Shown here: piece after piece, positions 24,644 to 39,284 of the stretch
How the letters are laid out: every line of letters starts with the position of its first letter
How positions within the stretch are numbered: the stretch's first letter is position 1
From: Paraspadella gotoi
Lineage: Eukaryota > Animalia > Chaetognatha
NCBI GenBank assembly: GCA_051294375.1
Contig: CM119270.1
Span: 7,451,143-7,515,142, forward strand
DNA: 64,000 nucleotides
Reading direction: 5' to 3'
Position numbers and translations under genes: made by a program
Notes under the pieces: model-generated
Told to the model about the DNA's origin: nothing
The model's input: the letters and a program-made list of their open reading frames with translations, nothing else
Database searches by the model: none

Positions 24644-27049
24644 CTCCCTCTCTCTCTCTCTGCGTCTCCTTTCCTCTCTTTCTCATATGATATTATAGAA
24701 GATCATAAATTGTAAAAACCTAGGTAAAAATATATATTATTTTCCCAAAATATTAATCAAGTCTTGAAAAGTAATATTATTTTATTTGATATATAGTGGA
24801 TAAAATTATACTCTTTCACTTTTTTTTCTTTCTTAGTTCTGGTGTGCTATTTGTTAGATCAAAATGCGTTTGTGGCAAAATGGTTTTTTAGATTAACTTT
24901 TGTACTAAAGAAAATGCGAAATTATTATTTTGTCAAATTGTATAAACAACTACTTGCTGAAACCGAAGTTGTTTGTTCTCATAGTAACTTTAGTGGATGT
25001 CTAAGCTCACTATTCGCTTTCCCAAAGTCTGAAGTAACAATTATGATTTGTGAAAATTATTAGAACAGTTTTTTTGTTACGAATGCTTTCTGAGAGATAC
25101 TTAAGAATTTTTCGTTGTCGAGCAGAGATTTTTGAGGTCCATAGATGTCCTGTTTTAAAAACCGGATACGACTTTGATCCTGAACTGTGAAGAGAAACGG
25201 TGGGAGAGAAGATGAATGATGGATGAGAGAGAGAGAAAGAAATAGCGGTACATGGAGGTGTTCCAAGAGTGAGAAAGAATAGCTGCGTACAGTGAGTCGG
25301 TGAGGACAGCCGATTAGAGAATGCAGGACAAGATCAGAGATTTTAGTTTTTGAATAATTGTTATTTCTGACACTTTCTTTTTTGCTATTTAAAAATAGTT
25401 TAGAGATGAAACGCAAAAATTTCGCTTGTAACATAGCAATTTTCTGATTTTTTTCGAACTGTATTAGTACATAGATTGTTATGAGAGACTCGTAGGGAAA
25501 TGTCTAAGATGGTCAAAAGAGAAAAAAAGAAATAGAGGATAAAAAATAAATAAGAAAAAGATAAGAAAAGAGATTATAGACGCAATATAAATAGAACATA
25601 CGTAGCAATTCTTTAGATCGTGGCTCTCATCTCTTCAATAGATAGTCGAGGGGAGATGATTGAATGAAGAATATGAAATCGAGGGTCAGAGTGAGATGCG
25701 AGGTGAGACGACGCAGAGTAGATAGTGAGAATAAATAAGTAATGCATGATTTCAAAATGACATCTAGTGGGCAACAGAAGATGTGAGTTTCTTAAACTAA
25801 ATAAACAGGCAATTAACAATTATACTACTTAATAAGGGGGATAAGAATAATATGATAAGATAAGTTTAAGGGTCGACACGCAGAAGAAAAAATGAAGAGA
25901 GAATGTGAAAGGAGTGAGCAAGAAAGATTACATTAGATAGCGTCTATGGGGGTAAAGGACAATGAAGGATTGTTTAAATAAATGTTAGGAAACTATACTA
26001 ATTAAAACATTTGGTGGATATCAATGTAATTTTTGTGTTACCAGAAATTACATTTACCGGCTCGGCGGATACAATATATTCCCTCTTGTATATAATTTTC
26101 AATTTTTGCATTTGATTGGCGGCGCCTCTCCTAGTGATAGATATTTTGGCAAATTTTATTAGATTTTAAGCAGTGTGAGGCTTTAATCTTGAATTGAAAT
26201 TTGAGACAGCGCGACTTTTAGAATTTCTATCTCGATAGATTTCGAATGATCGTTTATATTACAATATTAGATAGTCTCTATATGTGATACCTAATTGATT
26301 TACTAGCTATTTTAAATCTTGAGTTCGGAGACTATTTATATCTTTTATATTGATTTTAACTATCTTCCCTTTTTATATTAATTGTCTCCCCTCTGATTAT
26401 ATCTCAGTATTAATTATCGACCTCCAATTAAAATACATTTGTTTATTTGAAGAACATAGAATAAAAAATTTTAAAAATCTATACTCCGCGAACCCGAACT
26501 CGGCATTTCATGATACATGTGCAAGATTTATTTTAAAAAACAAATTCCAATTCGTTGCGACATTGAACCACACAGATAACCAATTAAAAATACTTCCGTC
26601 CGGAGTATTAAGGTGTTTGAATTATAGATTTCTAGTGAATACTTCAGGTCGCACGCCCAACCTACCGCCTCTCCTCAACAATAGAGAGGTACCTTCACCC
26701 TGACTAGATAAGAGCGTCCCAACTCTCTCGGCCGATGCGGCTAAATGCCTCTGTCCCGGGAGCGTCCGCACGAGCTCACGCCATTTCTCATCGCGGTCTC
26801 CGAATTCCCCGGAAACAGCGAGGACAGGTACGAGAGGGGTGTCGCAACGACGCCGCCGACGCCGCCGCCTTCAATGCGAGCAGATGTGTTCGGCTGTTGT
26901 CCGCCATGGCGGAGGCACGCGAAAGAGATCCTTCCGCCCGTATATAATGGCAGCGCAGACGAAGTCATGATGCATCATGCAAGAATCTCATGAGATACAG
27001 CAAAGCTCGGCTGAAGGCCGGGACGTGATAAACGTTTTAAACGATTGTG

Positions 27050-28360
<1,311 letters not shown>

Positions 28361-28364
28361 TCTG

Positions 28365-28445
<81 letters not shown>

Positions 28446-31400
28446 TTCTGATAGAAAAGAAAACCAGTTTTATTTTCCAAAAGGTCTGAAAATTTTCATT
28501 TTTTCATCGTGTTCAAATGCGTTTGTTTGAACTTGTAAAGAATGATTAGAATGTAAACAACTATTCGAACGAGTGTAATTATAAATTATACGTAATTAAA
28601 TATTGAATAAATGAACGAATGCTTTTTTAATCGTTTCCTTGGTCATCCTGTTTAAAACCGGAACGACTTCTGAAGGTGAAACGATGAATAATTATGGAGG
28701 AAGGCCGTCGATGATGGAGGAAAAAGAAAATAAAAAAAGAAAGAGGAAGAAAATGATTGCAGATGGCGTCGAGGGAGAGAGGTGTGAATCTAGGGGGGGG
28801 GAAGATGAGGCAGAAAAAGGAGGAAGTCGAGGGCCGAAGGGACTGATTGATTGATTTGATTGACTTTAATGATTTGGTTGATTTGATTAAATTGATTGAT
28901 TATATAGATTCGAATGATATGATTGATTTGATAGATTTGTTGATCTATTTAAATTATATTGTTAATATATTTGATTAACCAGAAATAAATTTAAATCTAT
29001 TATTTTAAAACTGAAATTAAAATTGCCCCGACCAATCAAATATTCAGTTTAGTTGATTGACCGATTACTTCGTCGTTTGGTTGATTTATTGAATACTAGT
29101 CCGACCCTCACAATAAATCCTACCAATAAATCTCGGATGTAAATCTCCGACGCGAGTCGATCAATCGACCCGGAAACAAAATACGAGGCGAAACGAAATC
29201 TAACGAAGAGAGAGAGAATCTCTGGAAATNNNNNNNNNNNNNNNNNNNNNNNNNNNNNNNNNNNNNNNNNNNNNNNNNNNNNNNNNNNNNNNNNNNNNNN
29301 NNNNNNNNNNNNNNNNNNNNNNNNNNNNNNNNNNNNNNNNNNNNNNNNNNNNNNNNNNNNNNNNNNNNNNNNNNNNNNNNNNNNNNNNNNNNNNNNNNNN
29401 NNNNNNNNNNNNNNNNNNNNNNNNNNNNNNNNNNNNNNNNNNNNNNNNNNNNNNNNNNNNNNNNNNNNNNNNNNNNTTGTTGTTGTTGTTGTTGTTGTTG
29501 TTGTCGTCATCCTGGCTCGCGTTCTCGTTGACTTACTTTTGTTGTCATTTACTGTTGTCAAGTAATTTTTAATCAAATACTCCATGGATTCTTCTTGCAC
29601 TACGGTAATTGTTTAATTGTTTTAATAACAAACAATTGAATGAATCGATCTTTTTTACTCTCTCTCTCGTCTTCTTCGTGTTCTACGTCCTCTTAATCCT
29701 CTTGCTCCGGGAAGTCGCCCTCTCAGTCTTTTACGTTTTCTCTGACTTCGTCCTCCTTTACGCCCTCTTCATCCTCTCATCGTCGTCGTCGTCGTCGTCG
29801 TCGTCGTCTCGGTTAATTACGCGCTTTCAGAATTTTTCAAGTGGGAAACGAATCGAGTGAAAGAGAATGGAGAGAATCTCCTGCTAAGTCGCGGGGTTTA
29901 AAAGAAGGAAAGAAAGAAAAGAAAGGGAGGAAATAGAAAGGAGAAAGAAGGAGAGAGGAAATTGAAAAAGAGAAAAGAAAAGAAAAGGAGGAAAAAGATA
30001 AAGAAAGAGAGAGAAGGAGATTGAAAAAGAGAAAAGAAAATATGAAGAAGAAGAAATAATTGGATTAAGAAGGAATAAGAAAAGAGAAAGTCTAAGTAAG
30101 GAGTAGAATAGAGAAGTAAAACCTTAATATTAATACAACAAACAAAAAAGAAAATGAATGTTAAAAATATAAAATGAAACACTCACAGCAGGAATGTAAT
30201 AGGATTTTAAGATAAACATAAAGGTAATAAATAAATAAAGAAAAGACAGAANNNNNNNNNNNNNNNNNNNNNNNNNNNNNNNNNNNNNNNNNNNNNNNNN
30301 NNNNNNNNNNNNNNNNNNNNNNNNNNNNNNNNNNNNNNNNNNNNNNNNNNNNNNNNNNNNNNNNNNNNNNNNNNNNNNNNNNNNNNNNNNNNNNNNNNNN
30401 NNNNNNNNNNNNNNNNNNNNNNNNNNNNNNNNNNNNNNNNNNNNNNNNNNNNNNNNNNNNNNNNNNNNNNNNNNNNNNNNNNNNNNNNNNNNNNNNNNNN
30501 NNNNNNNNNNNNNNNNNNNNNNNNNNNNNNNNNNNNNNNNNNNNNNNNNNNNNNNNNNNNNNNNNNNNNNNNNNNNNNNNNNNNNNNNNNNNNNNNNNNN
30601 NNNNNNNNNNNNNNNNNNNNNNTGAAAGAAAAAAAATAAATAAAGGAATCAAATTAGAGGAAAAATCCACGAATTAACTGGAATGAAACAAAGCGAAGAA
30701 CGCAGGAGGTAGNNNNNNNNNNNNNNNNNNNNNNNNNNNNNNNNNNNNNNNNNNNNNNNNNNNNNNNNNNNNNNNNNNNNNNNNNNNNNNNNNNNNNNNN
30801 NNNNNNNNNNNNNNNNNNNNNNNNNNNNNNNNNNNNNNNNNNNNNNNNNNNNNNNNNNNNNNNNNNNNNNNNNNNNNNNNNNNNNNNNNNNNNNNNNNNN
30901 NNNNNNNNNNNNNNNNNNNNNNNNNNNNNNNNNNNNNNNNNNNNNNNNNNNNNNNNNNNNNNNNNNNNNNNNNNNNNNNNNNNNNNNNNNNNNNNNNNNN
31001 CTCGTCTTGGAGCTAAAGTTCGAGGTTCGATTCCTTTAGAGAAAGACCGGAAAGACAGAAAGCTTTTTTGTATAATAAAATGTACAAATTTAGATTTATA
31101 GTTCAACAGTAGGAAAAAGTGAGTTCTCCAAAGCAAAGGCCCGATATTCTTACTGTTTGATGGTCTCTGTAAACAAAGACAACTACAATTACAAATTACA
31201 ATTACANNNNNNNNNNNNNNNNNNNNNNNNNNNNNNNNNNNNNNNNNNNNNNNNNNNNNNNNNNNNNNNNNNNNNNNNNNNNNNNNNNNNNNNNNNNNNN
31301 NNNNNNNNNNNNNNNNNNNNNNNNNNNNNNNNNNNNNNNNNNNNNNNNNNNNNNNNNNNNNNNNNNNNNNNNNNNNNNNNNNNNNNNNNNNNNNNNNNNN

Positions 31401-31601
31401 NNNNNNNNNNNNNNNNNNNNNNNNNNNNNNNNNNNNNNNNNNNNNNNNNNNNNNNNNNNNNNNNNNNNNNNNNNNNNNNNNNNNNNNNNNNNNNNNNNNN
31501 NNNNNNNNNNNNNNNNNNNNNNNNNNNNNNNNNNNNNNNNNNNNNNNNNNNNNNNNNNNNNNNNNNNNNNNNNNNNNNNNNNNNNNNNNNNNNNNNNNNN
31601 N

Positions 31602-31637
<36 letters not shown>

Positions 31638-34109
31638 AAATGAGGTCTTTTGTATTCTAGAAGAGAATCAGTCTTTCTTCCCATTTAACTTTTTACTTGG
31701 CCGCGATTTTTATTGGCAAGAGTTCTCACACTCAATCTCAGGAATTTTCTTTATTCCGAGATCTTTTCCATTTTTAAAATTTTTTTTGCACCTCTTTCTT
31801 TCTTTCCTTCTTTCTTTCTTTCTTTCTTACTCCTCTACATCGATCAGACTCTCTCGTCAACTATGCTTTTGGCTGCTACTGCTCACCCTGACGATACGAA
31901 GTCTTTTCACAATGGATGTCTGAGTTACTTCAGAAACCCAATGTACGACGCCTATGCATGAAGAAAGTGAAACTTGGAACAATTGATTCATTACCACGAA
32001 ATGATCCCTCTTTCTGATGAGTGAACGGAATGTAGGTAGTATCTAACTGATATCCCTGAAATCTATACTGACTATCGATGAGGAAGACGAGAGCTTAGAA
32101 AAAAAAAAGAAAATAAAAAGCAGAAAACTAAGCTTTAGAGAGTCGTCAAGAAATAAGGATCAAATGTCGTTTCTGAAACTGGCAATAGAACTCGTACGCT
32201 ACCGTCTTGACTACTGTACAGTGTCAAATACTATCGTGCGCCTCTGCCTTCCTTCCCTCTACTCTTCATTCTCTTCCTCTTCACATTCTGTGGCGTCTCT
32301 TGACCGCAAAAACTCGCGCGTAAACTCCTCTCGACAGTCTAAAAGCGTTGAACGAGATTAATTATCAATTAGACACCTAATATTCTGCGTAGCCACGCTA
32401 CCGGATGAAGTCCTTCTTAATGACTATGGATTCATCCACGCATGTACAACTTAATGGGAGACCTACTCTTCTTGTTTCTCTTCTAGCTTGAGTGTGTGCT
32501 GTTCTCTTCTCACCGTCTCTACCAGCAACCCCCGAAACCACCGCAAATCATACCTGGAGATTAGAAGAAAGAGGAAAATATGGTACTCCCGACGTTTAAA
32601 CAACGATACAAAAGTTGGTCGATCTAATCCAAAAATTATGAATTTAAAAACGAGTTCAGGTTTGATGGATTTACTCATGGCGTAGAAGAGATGAGAGAGA
32701 GAGAGAGAGTTACCGAACTGACAAGCACTTCGGCAGAGAGAGATGAGAGAGCAGAGATGTTATGCAGATAGTTCGGTTAGAGAGAGGAAGAGAGACGAGA
32801 GAGAGTCGGATCGGCGATGGCCGAACCGAGTTTGGAAAAAGAGATAAGGAGAGGGGAAAAACATGAATTTTTCTTTCGTAACCCTTATCTCTGCTCTTAT
32901 ATACCATCACATCTGATAAGACAGCGTAAACGGGACGAATAAACGGTAGTTAGCTAAAAAAAAAAAGATAGAAAGAAAAAGGAAAAAAAAAAAAAGAAAA
33001 AAAAGCAATGTTTTTCATATGGTTTGTTAATTTATCGATTTTTTTATATATTTTTTAATTTTTAAACATTTTTTTTTATTAAAATTCATTCATTGCATTT
33101 AATATATCTTTGATTCTATTTTTATTTGTTATCTGTTGGTGTTCTGTAGTGTTATAGATAATAGTTCCATCGGATCCACTTGTTCATTGAGCTACAGTGG
33201 AATTGAGATTACTGATTTGATTTCCTACTTTTGATTATGTGTAAAATAATTCTCTAGACCATTTTGTCCCCAAGATTTATTTTATCTAATTGATCCCATC
33301 GCCTGACGTTGCCAATTCCGCACCATTCGGAATATGGATATGAGACTAATTTCTTTCGCTTTGAATTCTGTTGGTCCAGCGCTTCAAGATTTTAGGTCTA
33401 AAGACCAATGACTTACAGCTAGAGAGTCCAGCAAGCTTCGCGCTATAATTTATCCTATAATAACGATGTTAACTATTCTCCCATCCACCCTCCATCGTTT
33501 TTCTCCGACCAATTAATTTTAATCTTGTAACCTCTGCTTCTTCCCACGACTAATTTAAAGGGTGTTTTTGGTTTGTAAAAATTTAAAATATGCCTCTGTA
33601 ACTAAATGAGAGCGAACGTCCCCACCACAGTGGGCGACCGATGGCGCACAGACGACCAGAGTGCGCTCGGAATTTTTAACAAAAGCGCGGGTATATTCAC
33701 CCGAGTATAGGAGTGAAGCTTATCAAAGTGGATATGACACAAGTGGATGATGGAAAAATTACTCTCTCTGAATGAAAAACTCTTTGTTCTACCATTTAGT
33801 TTGGTATAATCCACGCTGTCGTATTAGAGATCCTGAATCGAGCGCGTCTTACGAGGGGAAGAGAGGGAGAAAAGAGCTAAAAAACTCAACAGTAGGTGAG
33901 AACAGATGAGGGAGAGTTAGATAAGGCATTTAAGAGAAGCTTGGTCGAGAGTATCGTGGATTTACTAGAGAACGCATAAAAGAATTAATGAGACTAATTT
34001 TGCTGATGGTCAGAGACTCTCGTGGGAGTGGAAGAACTGAATCAATGAACTCCGGATTAAAGGTTTCTACACTAATCTTATAATGCAGATGTTCTTTGAA
34101 AACTTCTAC

Positions 34110-34520
34110 TGAATTATTGTAACAGAGTGAGCAGCCGTTCAAGTGGTGGTTGGAAGGTGCCATTTAAGGATACACAACTTAAATGTTTCAATTTTTTTAA
34201 ATCCCTCAGTTCTTTCTCCGAAATGTACCCATCATTCTTCGCGACGTTCAAACTACAGGTATTCCATTTAAGATAGGAAGTTAAGATTCTAATACTATTG
34301 TTGTGGAGAAAAGCTCGTGTCATAGGCAACCTGATTCCCACGTAATTGCGCATGTGCTAGTTAACGTTCGTGTAAAGATTAATGATAAGGTGCCTCCAGT
34401 TTATTTTAGGGGTTCCTTAATGCTTTGTAGTGCCGCAATTGCACGCCGCGTAAGAGGGTCCATTATGATAAAAAAGATATTTGGAGTGCAAGGAGTTGGA
34501 ATTGAGATTGGAGAAGTCTA
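34110..34520 (-). mobile_element. Possible highly degenerate retroelement RT remnant (Penelope/LINE-like)
   Basis: Broken frame NGPSY...HLIINLYTNVN*...ISEKELRDLKKLKHLSCVSLNGTFQ loosely resembles RT motifs (SLYTN.P; F.FNG.FY.Q). No YxDD seen, stops present. Confidence 0.2.
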
Positions 34521-37500
34521 GAGAGAGGGAGGAGAGACGATAACGAAATAGTAAGAGTATCGAGAAAATATCGGAGGTATTGTAGATCGGTGAAAATGGA
34601 AAATTATCGTATCATGCATTTGAAAACTGCGTGATGTCCGTTGGATTAAACGAATGACCATTTAGGCCGAGATACACCCTTCGAGACTCGATCCCAAAAA
34701 TGACAGTTACTTTAACCTCGTGTAATTTGTAGGCTGATATGTAAATAGCATCTATATATATGCAACTTCCAAAGTAAGAGGGATCGTGGAAGAAAAATAG
34801 TCAAGTCTCACTGTGAAAACAGGGTCGATTGGGTTGAGACACCGTTGAAAAAAATCGATGTAGAGGGGACAGAGATCCACAAGAGTATAAGAAATAGTGT
34901 TGAGAGAGAAGTGAGAGAGGGAGAGAGAGATATTATTGAAGCAAATAAGGTTCAGGTGAACCAATTGTTATAAAATACGCCATAACGGTCCTTAGTAGAG
35001 TTATAATCTTTTGTTTTATAAAATAACGCATAATATAAAAATTGTGAAAAATGCTACTTAGAATTCTTTATTAGTTTTCCTAATTGCTCCCTGAAATATA
35101 ATTATTGTTGCATTCCAGCGCCACTCCTGTCATTGTCCAATTCAGGCAAAGCCAAAACCCCCCTAAAGGTTGGTGAAATTAAAAATATTTATATATCCCA
35201 ATAGCATATATAGACCAGCATTTTTTAGAGAAAGCTCGCAATTTTAAGTTATATAAATTCCTTAATTATATATAATAATTCACTAATTCGGTAATGATAT
35301 TAAAGAGTGATGCAGTCACTTTTGATTTCCAAGAGGTTAATTTCGTTAGGTTAATATTATGTGAATTGAATTACATATTATTCCCTAGAACTGACCTCCG
35401 TTATTGTTGCACGCACGAGAAAATGATGTTCGTGTAGATGTATTTTTGTTCGATTTCAAATTTATTGTTAACATAATATAGAAATTACTTGTGTCTCGTT
35501 CCATCTAATCAAGATTTAACTTGAAAACGAACGAACAAAGAGACAAAAAGAATGAACTTATGATCACGAGGCAAAGTTACTCCAGGATCAGTCTGTTTGA
35601 TTGGTCCCAAAATAGTGTCGCCTTCCCGGGCAGCTGATGGATTGAGAAGTCTCAGAGTGCGGTGATAATGAAAGGGAAATGAATTTTGGAGGGAGAAATA
35701 AAGTATAACTTTGATTTGAACATCCATGAAGAAACATAAGTCGGCGATCAAATGAATACCCTCCGTTTAAATTAAAAAGCAAGCCTTAGAATTTCTGTGC
35801 AACAGATATGTCCACGCATTTTCTATAATGACTAATTCCCTATAAAGTTATTTTCTTGTAATTTCGGTATCTTCTAGGGGGAAGGAGGGGATGAAAAAGA
35901 AGAGAGAGAGGAGGGAGAGAGAGAGTGACGTTCTTGATTCGCTGTAAACCCCGGGAACTAGATCGTAGAGAGAGACGATGAGAGAGGCAATGGTAAGTAA
36001 TATGAAACTAGAAGATGAGTGAAGATGAGTAAACCCAGCCTGTTTTTAAAGAGAGGGGTTGTCCAACCTGAGATCCCTCTGAAAATGTTAGACTGGAAAG
36101 AAGGCGAGAGAGAGAGATGGTGTGAAATTGAAAAAGAGATGAAAGAGAGAAGAGAGGATGGGAAATGAGTGAGGATATTTAAAAAAAAAGAAAGAGGGAA
36201 GGTACTACAAGAGCTCCTTTGAATAAAAGGATTCCCTTAAAGAAATTCAAGTAAAATTCCCGCGATTGAATTCCCAAGATTCTCACCATTAGTGCGTAAA
36301 TTGTGGAAGTACTTATAAGCGATCAATACACGGATTACGCCTTGATAAAAACGATGTTCTGTAACAGAACAGCATCTGTAGCCGAAAAAGTGATGGACTG
36401 GTGTTTGGCGATCAAAGAGAGCGATATGTAATGGATTGTGAGAGAGTTTCCTTAAGGAACGTTGAAGGTAGCGCTGATGCTTAGGAAAAGCAATCATAGA
36501 TTTATATTATAAATGATGAAATGAGGAGTGAGTTATGTTGATTTCAAATGACGCTTGAAATACTCTCCCAGATTAACGGATCGGATTGATTGAGCTCTAT
36601 CTATAATCATAAGAGATTTAATAAACGAATTACAATGCGCTTAGATGATCTAGTTAATTGATTTGGGTTTCAATTGAGAGAATTGGAGTGAAAAGTGATG
36701 CCCTCAGATTTAAGAACCAACTATAACTACGACGACAACAATTTGAAGGACAAGATACACTACGAACAACGAGACGATTGAGCGAGCGCCTATAAACTTA
36801 TAAATATCTCTATCAGCGTGCAAAGCACAAGTATCATCTTCAGCGTAATTAATGGTGGATTATAAATGACTTGATTGGAAGATCTCACAACAAATGAGTG
36901 ACAAAAAACTCGTGTGCGAAAAAAAAAAAAGTGAATAAGAGAATCAAATTAGGCGTGAATTGAGGCACACAATCATCATGGGAGAGAGTATGCGTCATGG
37001 ATGGAAAAGGAGGGAGTGTTTAAGTTGTCTGCAACAGTTAAATACTGTTTTAGAGATGAAAGCTTGACCCGAGCGAGAGAAGAGGAGATGAGATTGGAGA
37101 TGACGAATTGTAGAAAGTTGACACCCGGAGATGTGAGGATGAGAGAGAACTGGACGAGATGAACCGGAGGAGGAATGGCCGTAGGAAGATGAGAAAGAGA
37201 GAGAGAATGTATATTGTTGCCGATAAGCAGAAAAGAATGCTGTATTAATATAGGATATGAAAGGATTAAAAGGTAAAAGAATAAGATAGGAAAAAAAAAT
37301 TAGAAAAAGTGAAAGAAAGATAGGTAGAAGAAAGAAGAAAGAGAAAGAAAAAGAAAGGAAAGAGAGTAGAGGAAGAACAAGTAGAAGAAAGAAAGAATAA
37401 TAGCCTATATGCTGAAAAAAAAAGANNNNNNNNNNNNNNNNNNNNNNNNNCTAAAGTATTTACTTTGCAACTTTAACTTCCTCCTTTTCTCCCCCTCTCA

Positions 37501-37981
37501 TTTCCTCTTCCTATTTTTCTCTTTTCACTTTTTTTTTCTTCGCCGAGTTTTTTTCATATTTGATCTTCCAATCAAGTTAAAACCCATTAATCTTAGCTTT
37601 CGCTAGTGACGTCGTTATTGTCGTCCTCATCGTCGTTGTCGTGGTTGTCCTCGTTGTTGTCGTTGTTGGTTCTAAATCTGGCAATATTCTCATTCTCTCA
37701 TTGAAACCCAAATCATTTAAACTACATCAGGTGATTGTATAAATCTCTAATTCAGCTTCATGAGTCACCACCAATACATATCACGTCACTAACTCTCCTC
37801 ATCATCATTTATTATTATTCTAATCTTTCTCCATCACGTCCTCTTCATCTCTCTCCATCATTCCATCTCCTTTTCCACATCATCCCGTCGAGGACTCGTA
37901 AGGCGTAATCGTGAGATCGTTAGTCTCTCCGCAAATTGAATCTCGTACCTCCCTTCTTTTTTTTTATCCTCGCCTTTTCTC

Positions 37982-38020
<39 letters not shown>

Positions 38021-39253
38021 TCTCTCTCTCTTCTCTCTTGCTCTCTTCTCTCTCTCTCTATCTTCTCTCTTCTTTCCTTTCCTCTTCCCCTCTGAAGATG
38101 AAATACGAACAAAGTCATTTTCAAATCTCGGCCTTCGGTCGTCGCCGCTTTTGTTTCAATGGAGTCAGTTTCTTCTTTCTCTCATTCAATTTCTTTCATT
38201 AACTCCGCTCTGGACTCTCAGCCAATCGCTGCCGCGATTTGGCCATCGAGACTTGATCTGGATTGATCGTGGTTATCTTCTTTTGTTTGCCTTTGTTTCG
38301 TTTATTCTCAAGTTAAATGTGTGAGATGCGGCAGTAAATTTCTTAAAGTACAATTGGATTACAAAATTTTAACTGAAAAATCCTATTTTCTGCTCGTGTT
38401 AAGATAGAGTCAGTTATTAATTGGATTCAATATTACCAAGAAACCCCAAACAAATAAAGCTGCACACTCTTAATAATAAGATAGTAGTGTATATATAAAT
38501 TATATTAAAAAATTGCGCTTTTCTAAAATCCTGGCAAGCTAACTTAATATTTTTAATTCACACAACAAAGTAATTTCACTTAGTAATATAAAGATTTATG
38601 CTTTACAATTTTTTCTTATTTTAAACACAAAGATTTAAATTACTAGACCTAGCCTTTTTAATATGTATGCCTGACCTTATTTTGCTTTCATATATTTCTC
38701 TCCTCTCCTCACTCTCTCTCACTATCGTATTTCTCTCTTCTCTCCCTCAACATCGATTTCTATCACTGGTGTCTTCAACCCCAATCGGCCTTCCAGTGAC
38801 TTGACTTTTTCTTCACGATGTCCCTCTTTTGAGATTTATTTTACCGCATCTCTCTGCTCTCTCTCTCTCTCTCTTCGTTCTTCTCCATTCTCTTCTCTCT
38901 CTCTCTCTATCTCTCTCCCCAATCCTTCACTTTATTCTTCACCTAATATTTTCTCTCGCCACCTCAATTTCTTTTTTCTTATTCTTTCCACGCTTCACTC
39001 CCTCTCTGTTTCTCCTACTTGATTTTTTCTCTTCTCCCTCTCTTCCCACTCGAACCCCCATCTACCGGAAAAAAAAATATGCGCTAAAAGTTTCCTGTCA
39101 ATTTAGCTTCACTCACCTTCGCTTCTGTCGTCGTCGTCGTCGTTCACCTTGGAAAAAGGAGATAAGGGAGAGGTTACATCTTTTTCCTTCGTCCTTCTGT
39201 CTTATCATCGTACTGGGTATCGATTTATCTCCCTCTCCCTCCCTCTCTCTCTC

Positions 39254-39284
<31 letters not shown>

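Noticed and set aside
32014-32040. CTGATGAG possible hammerhead core
   Set aside because: No stem II or GAAA box follows.
36237-36497. Possible coding or endonuclease fragment (CVNCGSTYKR on + strand)
   Set aside because: Only a CxxC; frames are broken and the region looks error-prone.
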